Source of the DNA: Camelus dromedarius
Lineage: Eukaryota
Direction of reading: 5' to 3'
Length of the DNA: 64,000 bases
NCBI RefSeq assembly: GCF_036321535.1
Contig: NC_087437.1
Span: forward strand, 13,704,001 to 13,768,000
Translations under genes and position numbers: made by a program
Notes under the pieces: generated by a model
What the model saw: only the letters and a program-made list of their open reading frames with translations
What the model was told of the DNA's origin: nothing
Database searches by the model: none
Shown: positions 25,301-37,950 of the stretch, piece after piece
Layout: each line of letters begins with the position of its first letter
How positions within the stretch are numbered: the stretch's first letter is position 1

Positions 25301-28300
25301 TTAAAGGGTTATTTTTTTTGCTCTTTTTTCTATTTTCACTGTTCTTTTGTTTCAGTTTCAGATTCATTGAGTAAATTGAATTCTATTTTTCCATAAGAAA
25401 GATTCTTTAAATGTTGTCTAAATATATTGCTTCCTCTTTAATTCATTTTAAAAATGTTATTGAATCTTCTCAGCATCATAGTTGGTAAATAAAGCTTCGT
25501 TTCTTCAAAGTTCAAGGGAAATTGGTAGCAGAAATAGCCAGACCACAGAGAGAGGGAGATGAAGTCTGCTGGGAGAGGAAGCCTGAAGTGAAGGGGACTG
25601 TCAAACTACCAGGACCCACGCCACTGCCCGGCATCCGCGCTCTCCCCAGAGCTAGCCTGGGCTACTCCAGATTCCTCCAAGCTGCTGTGGACATTTCTAT
25701 TATGACAATGCCACAAGGTTAGTATCTGGCCATGTGAGTCCACGTTTTCCTCCACATTTTCCTCCAGTCTCATTAGAAACTGCAAAATCATGTCTGAAGT
25801 TTCAATAAAAAAGGAAAAAAAGATTACTCTCATTAAATGCTGTATGTTTTTATATTTCCAAGAAAATGACAGAGGGGAAAGAACTACACATGACTCAGCA
25901 AAAAAGCACCCCTGGTTTCTTTACTCAAGTAATTCTCAGCACCTGAGACATTTATTCTGTGGGAGTTTGCTGCGAGTATGCAAAACCTTCTTAGGTTGTG
26001 GGGCTAAGCAGGTCTGAACCTAGGGATAGGCCAGGGGACAGAAAGAGAAAGGGAGAGAGGCCAGGACAAAGGGAAGTATGATGGATGGAGAATGTGAGAA
26101 GAAAGCAGAGGAGGCACTTACTGAAGGGGGAACATCCACTCGTGAAATGTCACTGAGCCTGTTCAGCCACAAGTCAGCCCCATCTCAGCTCCAGCGATGC
26201 ATGGGTTATTTTTCCCCTCCTCAGGTATTTTTTTTCCTAAAACTAAAGTGACACCCACAGCTTGAAGGGGTAGTTTCCTAAAACCGCTGTGGTGGTAGAA
26301 TTTGCAGATAAAGAAAACCTAACACCATATCAGTGACTGGAGTTAGTAGTAAACCTCTGAAGGCATTTATGTGATTACGTTGACTAAACAAGACAAAAAA
26401 TAACGAATGTGAAAGACATTTTGTGCCTTGCAGACTGTCCAATCATTTCCTGTTTGTTATCTCTTCTCTTTTTCCTGAGAGTTTTTTTTCATTGCTCCTT
26501 CCTCAAAATGTTAACCAAGATGTTTGGAGATATAACTTGTTCGGTTGAAGCAAACATGCAGTTGGAGGACCATTTTAATTTTCTTTGTCTAATCTTCTAT
26601 CAGATGTTTAGTCTTCATGCTTTTGTGACTCAGAACTGTTCATTCCTGCTTCTCGGGTCCACCTCGGTCTCCTAACTTAGAAACTGAAATATGAAAGGCT
26701 TTGGATACCCTTTGGCAGAGCTGAATGTGCTTCTCAGAAAATTTTTCCAATGCCTAAGGCTCAGAAGGGGCTTCCAATGCCAGCCTCAGTTCTGCCCACG
26801 CCCAGCCCTGATACAACCTTGGAGCTCCTTCTGAGGCACAAAACTTTCCTGCAAAATCCACTCAACCTCTTGCAGGCCCTCCTCCTTCTTCTGTCCCAAC
26901 TCCCAGACCCTTCTTCCTCAAAGAAACTTACTTAAAATAAACATTCAATTTAAGGCTTTCTCCTCCTCGTGAACTTTTTTATTCTAAATAAATCATCTTC
27001 TGCCCTAAAGTCCACAAATGGTATTTATGACTCTATAGGACTATGCACCTAAGATGTAGCAATGCTATCGATGTTACAAAAAAGAAAAGAGATCATTTTT
27101 GAGTTGAGAATAATTTTCATTTCATTAACACAATTAGATGCTGGAATCCATATATCTCTAAAGCTAGCAAAACTTCAGCCAAGGCTTTGTTTTAAGAACA
27201 GGCATGGATAAGACATCAAAGGAAGACATTTTTCTTTGAGTAAAGGAAGAGTGGGGAGAACCTGGGAGTCCTGATACAGGCAATTCCAGACTTAAGGAGA
27301 TCTGACTTGCAACCAATGCCTGAGAATCACTTAGGATGCGAATCAACAGTTATTTGCAATTGCCAAACCTGCATCTGAAGGTAACTGGGTGTGTGCTTAA
27401 ATTTGGGTAAATTATCGTTGCTATCATAAAGTAATATAGGATGTTTAGTTTGTTTTAGTTTAAAACCTCAGTTTTGCTTCAAAAAAATCTATACAGTTTT
27501 TGAACTTGCCCTAAAACATATGTAATATGCCACACATTTTCCAGAGTATGATTTTCAGAGTTTTTGCTTGTGAATATTTGAGTATCCAAGTCATCATCCA
27601 ACTTGTTTCTTAAAGAAATCCTTCCATGCCTTTCAAATCCTCCCATGCCTTGCAGTTAACACATGCTCAGTAAGTAGTTGATGTGTTGAGATCAAAGGGA
27701 GAGAAAGGCCAGCAAAGGGACCATCTGGTGATGTACCTATTAGTAGGAGCCAACATCTCCCTTCCATTTCGCTGTTAGCACTTATGAAAAGTTGTAAAAC
27801 TCATCTGTCTTAGAGATGACCAGCCTATCAGTGACAAGATGGAACTCAGCAGGCACTGGCCAATGACAGAGATGGTTGGATATTTTTAGTTTGCCAGTTA
27901 AGGCCATTAAGATGTTCTCAAAATTTGCCTCCAGCAAATACATAAACCTACTAAAAGGAGTTAGGGGGAAAATGTGCAGACTTGAGTAATGGAATTTGGC
28001 TGCTGTCACCATTTTTACTAATTACTTAAGATTTTGCTAGGAGTAGGAGAGGGAGTTAACTAGTATCTGCATCTCCTAGGGAGAATGGACACATCCTGGG
28101 TATCAATATGGCAGCAAGGAGATGACAGTGCAAATCAGACAATAAAATAGTCACCGATATGGAAATCATCGCCATTATAGAAGGCGCTTCCTGTCACAGT
28201 GCTGGCACAATTATGTTCAGCTCGGTTTTGCTCATTATAATGTCATTTTTTTAATGTGTGCAGCAGATCATAATACATTTTCAGTTAAAGAGAATTCTAA

Positions 28301-30104
28301 CAGTAACACACTGACACTGCCCAAATTAACAGAGACAGTAGGGAAAGAATTGAGAGAGCTTAATCGGTTAAAACTAGTGTAATTTTTTTTAATTCCCCAG
28401 AATGTTAGTTTTATAGGAAGAGAGAGAAAGAAAAGTAAGAAATAAATATAAAGCATGACACCAGTCATATCTTGCAGAAGCTTTGCTCTAGAACCATGAA
28501 CAATGCACTATTTCTTTTGTGTTCTGAAATATTCATATTCTGTTTGGGTTACATCTTTACCTAATTTCTTCCATTTGCTTGGTTAACAACTGTGACCTTA
28601 AATCCATAAATTTAGGGCTACCTGGTATTTGACAGAAATTCATCTCGCAGAGGTGATCTCTTCGGTGGCAAACCACATTCAACATGGGATACAAATCACT
28701 GACTGTATATCATTATACATAAACTTAGTCCCTAAATTTCAAAGCATTAAAATATCAGCCAGTATGGTCAGATGGCTGATGGGGCCATGTAGATTCAGGA
28801 CACAGCTGAGTGGACTGGCCATTTCAGTGGGTGTGAAGTGAATCTTCTTTCTGGGACCTCACTCTGGGACGCTGGCTTTGGCTACTGCAGATCAGTGAGC
28901 AAATGAAGCAAGCCTGGAGTGTGGTTCTTCACTATGGTAAATGGAACTCTTTTGGCTCCAAAGTTGTTTGGATGATTTCGTTGCCTATTTTGACGTATGA
29001 AATCTTACTGCATGCCCCTTCTCCTGTGCCCATTTATCAAACAGTAGAGCAATATGTTCAAATTAAACCAGAAAAACAGGTGTCTGGAACCCCTAAAAGA
29101 GCTAAATCTATAAATATTATATAATAAAGGAAAATATTCTCTTCATGCTTAGATATTAGTTATTATTTTATTTGGAACTTAAAAATAATCACACAAAGCT
29201 AAATATTTTGTTTTAATATAATTAAATGTATATAATTATGATTCTACTATTATGATGATACTCTCTTAATTAGAACTTTTTAATAGCACAAGAACATGCT
29301 AATGAACTGTCACTAAATTAAATAAAGAGTGAATTAACTGCTATAATTCATTCTAAAATTCGAGTATCAAAATTTACCATTCTTGATCATGTTTCACTGC
29401 CATCCCACAATTAACCTAGTCTCCACAATGGGTTCTCTGTTATTATTACCAATTCAAAGATAGGTTCTCAAAAAGTCAAGATACTAATAAAGATGAGGAG
29501 AACAGGGTCAATATGAAACTATCACATTAAACATGCAGAAGGTACGCTCTACATCAACAGTTACTGGCCGCCATGTTGTTTGAAGACCGCGTATTAAAAT
29601 GGAAAATAACAATATATACGTTAATGTTTCTAAAAACATTTCGAAGTGCCAGTATCAGATAATTCCTCTCAATATATAGAAGAAACAACACACAGAGAAT
29701 CATCAAGTCATCAAGTTTTAAGACATTCTAATTTGGACTGCTCAAAAACAAGAAACGCAACTGAAAACCAGCAATGTTTAAGGCATTAAACAGCATGGAA
29801 TTAGACATGAACACTGTAAATGAACTCCACAAATTAGAGCCACACTTACTGTTCCATTTTTAACACAGAATCACATAACGTCTAGTTCTTGTTAAACTGC
29901 AGACTTAGGACATGATATCTAAACATCAAAATGACTAACTGTCAGTTGGGAAAGAATTAAAAATTACGGGAAAAGAATTTTAAATTATCGCCATCTCTTG
30001 CCTGGTCCACTGCAATCTTTTCTTAACCAGTCTCACTACTTTCACTCTTGGCTCTCAGCAGTCCATTCCTAAACAGCAGCCAATATACCATTTTAAAACA
30101 TTAT

Positions 30105-33100
30105 CTGAGGCAAGATGCCAAGATGGCAGAGTAGAAGGAGGCACAGCTCACCCCCTCCCATGAACACATCGAGAATTACATCTACAGATCCATTAATTTG
30201 CACAGAACACCTACTGAACTTTGGCAAAATATCCCTTCCTTTGAAATACAAGAAGACTCCTTACAAAAACCGGTAGGAGGAGGGGGAAAGGAAAAGAAAA
30301 ACGAAATGGTGCAGCACCTGTCCTGCGGGGAGGGAGCAGCAAAGGAGGAATAGTGCCCTCATGCTAGGACACCCCCTCTCCAGCTGGGAAGTCTGCAGGG
30401 CCAGAAACAGAGCTTCTGAGACTTGTAGGAGAAAACAGCAGCGGCTTGGCAGACAGAATTAAGATAAACTAGCACAGAGGGTCCTTCGGTCCCAGCCCTA
30501 GATGCAAGCTGGCAGGGACAGTCCAGGACTGACTGCTGGAGATCAGTGACAAGCCTGGAGAGAGGGCTGGGGCCCGCTGCACAAAAGAAGCCTCAGGTGA
30601 CTGGAGAGTAGTGTAGCCTGTGGCTGGGAGTGTGTGCAGAACAGGCTGGGACATCCATAAAAGAGCACCAGTGCTGGTGCACATGGAGGGGGTAGGGTGC
30701 AAAGCAGCCGGGCCATAGCTGCTGTCTCCGCTTGGCACCATTGCTGGCCTGCTCTCACAAAAAAAGAGGCAGGGTTTGGTAATAGCCATCACAATCTCTG
30801 GAGCTCAGCTTCTGGGCAGAGGCCGGGCTGAAACCTGAATCCACGCCCAGCGGCCCCGCAACTTCACAGGTGGGACTGAGATTTGTTTACAGTCCCAGGC
30901 AGACGGGGCGGATTTGCAACCCTGGTGTTGCTGGTGGGTAGATTTGCTCCACTGGTGCCTTTGTGGACCCGCATTTCTAAGACTCCAAGTGGAGTTCTGC
31001 TGTACAGCTGGGCAGGTACAACATTTACAATGGGCCTGCATACTGTACCACATGCAAAGGCAGGGATGCAGTCTGCACTGACCCTGTGGGGCACCCCAAA
31101 TCCAGGTGTGTGACTGCATGCTCGCTCTGGCAGGTCCTAGTGCCTGATGTCTTGTCTCTAAGATGAACAAACAACGAGCACAATTCTGGCACATGGAGGG
31201 GGCAGATACAAAGTTTACAAGGGGCTTGCATACTAAATGCAGAGGCTCCAACCCCACCTACCACACAACACAGTTCAGAAACGGGTCTGGAAGCCTCTAT
31301 TCCAAGAACGGGGGTGCACACCCAGCCCCTGTCAGGGCTGTGACAACCACAGAACAACAAAGGAGGCCCTGCTCAACAACAACAACTAGAGCAGGCTCTG
31401 ATCACCACAACACCAACCACACTCCCAGTCAAGGGGGTAACAGCCAACACACATGGAAAAAAGACGTGGTAACCATTCATACTAAAAAAAAATTGTCAGA
31501 GGCACAAAGTCTGCACAAGAACACTCTTGCTTGAAAAAAGAAAAAAGCAGCTCTTCAAGACCACAGTAAATAAGTGATTCTCCTAAATCTATAGAGCCAG
31601 AGAAATATAAGTAAAATGAAGAACCAGAGGAACCACGGCCAATTAAAAGACTAAGAGAAGTCACCTGAAAGAACTATCAACAACATAGACCTCGACAGTC
31701 TACTAGATCATGACTTCAAAAAGAGGGTGATAAAAGCACTAAAGGAAATAAGACAGACTATGAATAGAAATGCAGAATACTATAAAAAGCAAATAGGAAC
31801 TATAAAGAGGAGCCAATTAAAATCAGAAAACTCAATGGCTGAGATGAGAGCCGAGCTAAGGGCAGTCAGAAGCAGACTAGACAATGCAGAGGGATGAATA
31901 AGTGCCCTAGAAGCCAGGGTAACAGAAGTCACCCAGTCAGAACAGCAGACAGAAAAGGACGTAACAACCAGTGCAAACAATATAAGGGACTTATGGGATA
32001 ATATAACACATGTCAATCTACACATAATAGGGGTCCCAGAAGATTAAGAAAGAGAAAAGAGGATTGAAAAGGTATTTGAAGAAATCATGACTGAAAACTT
32101 TCCAAACCTAAAGAAGGAAACAGATATCCAAGTACAGGAAGCAGGCAGGGTCTCAAATAAGAACTCAAACAAACCTGCACCAAGACATATTATAATTAAG
32201 ATGGCCAAAGTTAAAGATAAAACAATTATTCTAAAGGCAGTGAGAGATTACAAAGAGGTAGTTACAAACCCCCATAAGGCTTTCAGCTGATTTCTTTACA
32301 CAAACACTGCTGGCCAGAAGGGAGTGGCAAGATATATTCAAAGTCCTGAATGAGAAAAAGCTGCAAACTGTAATATGCGATCCAGCAAGACTATCCTTTA
32401 GAGCAGAAGGAGAGATAAGGAATTTTACAGACAAGCATAAACTAAAATAATTCAGCTATACTAAACATATCCTAAAAGATATATTGAAAAATCTACTCCA
32501 AATAAAAAAGAAGCAGGAAGCTATAGAAATGAGAAAACTATAATTGGAAATGTAATAACTATGAAAGGTTGCAAAAGAATAAACAAGAAGACTTAAAAAA
32601 GAACATCAAATTCATAAAAGGTGGGAGAGGGGAGTCAGGAAAACGACTTTTTTACTTCTTTTTTGTCTTTTCATCCTTTTTAGGATACGTTTGAGCCTAT
32701 ATGATTAACAGTCTAAAGAAAATAGATATAGTAATCGGGTAACATACTTGAAAAGCAGGGTAACCACAAATCAAAAGCATAAAATACAGTCACAAAAAAC
32801 AAAAAGATCAAGCTAATACAAAGCAAAATTATCAAATCACAAAAAGGAAAACAAAAAGGAAAAGAAAGGAATAAAGAAGAAATACCAAATGAACTGGAAA
32901 ACAAAGTTCAAAATGGCAATAAGCACACCTCTCACATAATTGCTATAAATGTCAATGGACTGAATGTTTCGATCAAAAGACACAGAGTGGCAGATTGGAT
33001 AATAAAATAAGAGCCTACAATATGCTGCCTACAGGAGACCCACTTTAGGGTGAAGGATACCCACAGATTGAAAGTGAGAGGATGGAAAAAGATATTTCTT

Positions 33101-34233
33101 GCAAATGGAAATGCTAAGAAAGTGGAGGTAGCAATACTGATTTCAGGCAAAAATTGACTTTAAAACAAAGGCCATAAAGAAAGATAAAGAAGGACACCAT
33201 ATAATAATCAAAGAGATAATTAATACAAGATGAAGATATTATACATGTTAACATATATGCACCCAATGTAGGAGCACCTAAATATAAAAAACAAATACTA
33301 ACAGACATAACGGGAGAAATCGTTGAGAATACAATAGTAATAGGAGATTTTAACACCCCACTAATATCATTAGATAGGTCTTTCAGATAGAAAATCAATA
33401 AGGCAATGGATATACTAAATGGCACAAAAGAACAGTTGGAGTTGGTTCATATTTTTAGGACATTACATCCCCCAAAATCAGAATACACATTATTCTCAAG
33501 TGCATATGGAACATTCTCTAGGATAGACCACATACCCAGGCAACAGAAATAAAAGCAAAAATTTTAAAATTACATCTAATTAAATTTACAAGCTTTTGCA
33601 CGGCAAAAGAAACCACAAGCAAAACAAAAAGGAAACCTATGGAATGGGAGAAAATATTTCCAAATGATGGGGCTGACGACGGTTTAATTGCCAAAATACA
33701 TAAACAGCTCATACAAATTAATAACAAAAAACAAATAACCCAATCCAAAAATGGGCAGAAGACCTAAACAAGCAATTTTCCAATAAAGACATACAAATGG
33801 CCAATAGGCTTATGAAAAAAATGCTCAATATCACTAATTATCAGAGAAATGCAAATCAAAACCTCAATGAGGTATCACCTCACACCAGTCACAATGGCCA
33901 TCATTCAAGTCTACAAATAATAAATGCTGGAGAGGCTGTGGAAAAAAGGGAACCCTCCTACACTGTTGGTGAGAATGTATTTTGGTGCAGCCATTATGGA
34001 AAACAGGATGGAAAGTCCTCAAAACATTAAAAATAGAGTTACCATATGATCTAGCAATCCCACTCCTAGACATATAGCCAGAGGGAACCTTAATTTAAAA
34101 AGACACCTGCACCCCAACGTTCAGAGCAGCACTATTTACAATAGCCAAGACATGGAAACAACCTAAATGTTCATCAACAGATGACTGGATAAAGAAGTTG
34201 GTGGTGTATATATAGGTATGTGTATATGTGGTG

Positions 34234-34284
<51 letters not shown>

Positions 34285-34786
34285 ATATACACACACACAC
34301 ACACACACACACATACACACAATGGAATGCTACTCAACAATAAAAAGAATAAAATAATGTCATCTGCAGCAACATGGATGGCTCTGGAGATGTCATTCTA
34401 AGTGAAGTAAGCCAGAAAGAGAAAGAAAATATGATATCGCTCATACGTGGAATCTACAAAAAACAAAAGAAAGAAAAAAAGAGGATACTAATGAACTCAT
34501 CTACAAAACAGAAACAGACTCACAGACATAGTAAACTAACCTACGGTTACTAGGGGGAAAGGGATAAATTGGGAGTTCAAGAACTGCTAATATTAACTAT
34601 TATATATAAAATAGGTAAAGAAATAGATGTCTTCTGTAGAGCGCAAAGAACTGTATTCAATATCTTGTAGTAACTTTTAATGAAAAAGAACGTGAAAAGG
34701 AATATATGTAAGTATCTGTATGACTGAAACATTATACTGTACACCAGAAATGGACACACTGTAACTGACTATACTTCAATAAATTT
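30105..34786 (+). mobile_element. LINE-1 with both ends: 5' UTR, degraded ORF1 (ATG about 31616), spacer, ORF2 endonuclease (ATG 32913), large internal ORF2 deletion near 33540, 3' UTR; inserted into an L2
   Basis: caagatggcagagtag start; ORF1 motif MTENFPNLKKETDIQVQEA; endonuclease motifs NVNGLN, CCLQETH, GDFNTPL and SRIDH; L2 sequence on both flanks. Confidence 0.93.
34203..34320. repeat. Compound (TA)n/(TG)n/(CA)n microsatellite expanded inside the L1
   Basis: Directly visible; it replaces the short tatatatac motif seen in other L1 copies. Confidence 0.95.
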
Positions 34787-35329
34787 TTTAAAAACACATT
34801 ATGTCACCCTCTTTCTCTAAACTCACATCCTTGTCTACACCATGAGCAGTAGCCTCTTCACCTCCCTGCACTGCAGCCACAGAGGCCTCCTCACCACGCC
34901 CTGAGCCTGGCAGGCATGCGCCCACCTCAGGGTCTTTGGCTTGGCTGTTCCCTCTGCCATCAGTGTTGTGCCTCCAGACATTTGCATGGCTTGCTCCTTT
35001 AATGTATTCAGGTTTCTGCTCAAATGTCACATAATTACAGAGACTTTTCCTGACAGTTCTTGTAAAACAGCCAGTCTCTCCACATCTACCAATTACTTTC
35101 TATTACTTCCCTTTTTATATTTTTGTCCATAGTACTTAAATATATTTTTATTAGCTATTATTTGTCTTCCCTCATTAGGAAGGTGGGGGTCTTCAACTGT
35201 TCTGATCACTGTTGTATCATTAAATTAGAATAGTTCCCAGAAGAGAATAGATGTTTAATAAGTGGAAAAAAAAAAACCCCTGATTTTTCAAAGTGTTGCA
35301 AAGGTATTCTCCATATTAAAACAAAGGGT

Positions 35330-36855
35330 AAAAATCAAAATGATAGCATGATTTTTTAAGAAATTGTCAAACCGAGTCTAAAATTAATAAGGAAATACAA
35401 CAGACCTAGAAGAGCTACATCAAACTTGTCAACAAAAACAGAATTGGAGGATTTACACAACCTGATTTCAAGACTTATAAAAAAGCTACAATAATCAAGA
35501 CAGTATAAAACTGGCCTAAGAATAGACATTCAGACCAATGGAACAGAATAAAGTTCAGAGATAGATCTGCATATACATTGTCAAATGATTTTCAACAAAG
35601 GTGCCTAGGAAAATCAATGGAGAAAGGATTAGACATTTTAAGGAATGATGCTGGAATAACTTGATACTCACACGAATGCCCTCTTTGTTATTCTATGCAC
35701 AAAATGAAATCAAAATGCATCACAGACCTGACCATAAAAATTAGAACCATAAAGAATTTTTTTAAAGACCCTATTTTTGCAACTTTGGGATAGGCAATAA
35801 TTTCTTTAACATGATGTGAAAAGCACAACAACAAAAACTGTAAATTCAACTTGAACAAAATTTAAAATCTGTGTTTGTCCCAAAAACACAAAATACATAG
35901 TATAATAAATAATCAAGTCACAGACTGGGAGAAGTATTTTCAATACATGTTTGACCACAGATTCACATCCGGGACATATAAAGAACCCCTATATACCAAA
36001 AAAAAAAAAAAAAAAACAGACAGATCATCCAATGACATAATGGGGAAAAGATCTAACAGACGCTTCACTCACACCCTTATAGATGTATAAATGGCTAATA
36101 AGCACATGTGAAGGTGCTCAACATCCGTACTTATCAGGAAAATGCAAGCAAATACCACAAAGGAATAGCTTTTTACACCCACTACAAAGACTAAAATCAA
36201 AAAGACTGACAAAACCAAATATTAGGAAGAATGTAGAAGAACTGGAACTCTCATACATCACTCTTGAAGGGTTTAAACAGTATATTTTTGGAGAACTGTT
36301 TAAAAGAAACTGGAGTTTCTTTTAAAGTTAAACATACAATCAATACCTTATCACCCTGAAATTTTATTCCTTGGTATTTATCTAAAAGAAATGAAAATAC
36401 ATCCGCAAGAAACTTATAGAAGAGGATGTATAGCAATCTTACTTATTATAAAACCCCAAATTTGGAGACAACGTAAGTGTTCATCAGTAGGAGAATAAAC
36501 AAATTACGATACAGTCATACAATATAATACTACCTAGCAATATAAATTACTGATATTCACAACATCATAAATGAATCTCACAAACATTGTGTCAAGTTAA
36601 AGGAGCTACATGCTAAAGAGTACATACTGTTGAATTTATATGAAATCACACAATTGGCAAAAGTAACCTATGGTGACAGAAATCTTAGTCTGTCCTTGGG
36701 CAAGGAATTGCATGGGGAAGGGCATGAGGGAATTTTCTGAGGTCGTGTAAATGTTCTGAATCTTATTTTTGGTAGAAAGTTATAAATGTGCCAGAGGTTG
36801 TTAAATTAATGTAAGATTTGTACATTTTACTGTGTATAAATTCTCTCTCAATAAA
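35330..36855 (+). mobile_element. Old L1 (L1ME/MD class) ORF2 end plus 3' UTR
   Basis: Degraded ORF2 motifs (acctgatttcaagacttat, gaccaatggaacagaata); ends ctcaataaaagt. Confidence 0.8.
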
Positions 36856-37689
36856 AGTGGGGGTTGTAGCATGGATGTAAGGACTGTGTACATATCTATG
36901 TGGGAGCCTATAAAGCATTGCTTTGTTTGCTTAAAACATGACAAATACAGAATATTTCCACAACGAGTGATGATTATTCCTAATGCTTCTTTCACTGAGT
37001 CATTACTTGTGGCATATTCACAGCCTTGGGGGACATTCAGCCAACAATCAACTAGACAATAAAAACCGAAGATGTTCACAAAAATATTGTCCTTTTAAAA
37101 TATATCATTTTCTACATGGCTTAATTTAATCTCTTAGCAGAGAACTGCAGATACAGCCTTCAGTGGCATGCTCGGTAAATGGCATATGGTATAATAAAAA
37201 CAAAGCAACTCAGATAAATAAATGGAATAACGTTTTTAAAAATTTGCACTAAGAAAATGGGAATCAGGTGCTTGCAATATTTGCTCAATTCTTAAGTGGT
37301 CAACTTTAAAGATATTTGAAAATTTAAGAAGAATGTAAAATGCCTGTGAATAAAGTTTGCTAAGAACATATACAAATTGTATTAGAAAACTGCAATAAGA
37401 AACCCAAAATAAAGAAATTACACAATTATTATGAAGGGCTTGTGAATTTAGAAAATAATTATTGCTGATAAGTGCTCTACTAACTGCCTTGGCCCCCAAA
37501 GTAGATGAAATTTAAGGTGATAATTACATGTACCGTATTTCAATTAGTGTGACATTATCAGATTATCACAGAAATCTTCCTTTTCTAATTCAACAAAAGC
37601 TTAGAGTAAATTTCTAGGACTCCCTATATGGACATTTAATTTATCAAGATTAGATGTAATTCTCTGAAAGATGATGCTGGTAGGCAGAT

Positions 37690-37950
37690 AGGGAGGTTAG
37701 GAAGATGATTCTAGATAACTGAATGGAGTGGATTCAACCAATGGAAGGTCCTCAAAGCAGAGCTGAGCCTTCTCTGAGATGAAAAATAGGCTCTATCTGT
37801 AGACAGCAGTTTCGGCCTGTCCCCAAAGTTCCAGCCTGCCCTCCTACCAGCCTTTAGAGATTTTGGACTTGCCTAGCCAACCCCCACAGTTATATAAGCC
37901 AGCTCCTTGCAATAAATCTCTTAATATGCATCTCCTGCTGGTTTTGCTCC
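37690..37950 (+). mobile_element. MLT2-like ERVL LTR fragment
   Basis: ttttggacttgcctagccaacccccacagttatataagccagctccttgcaataaatctc. Confidence 0.65.

Noticed and set aside
27545..27612. Minus-strand LDDDLDT resembling NEK10 VDDELDI
   Set aside because: This is a low-complexity acidic match; the following serine run and donor are absent.
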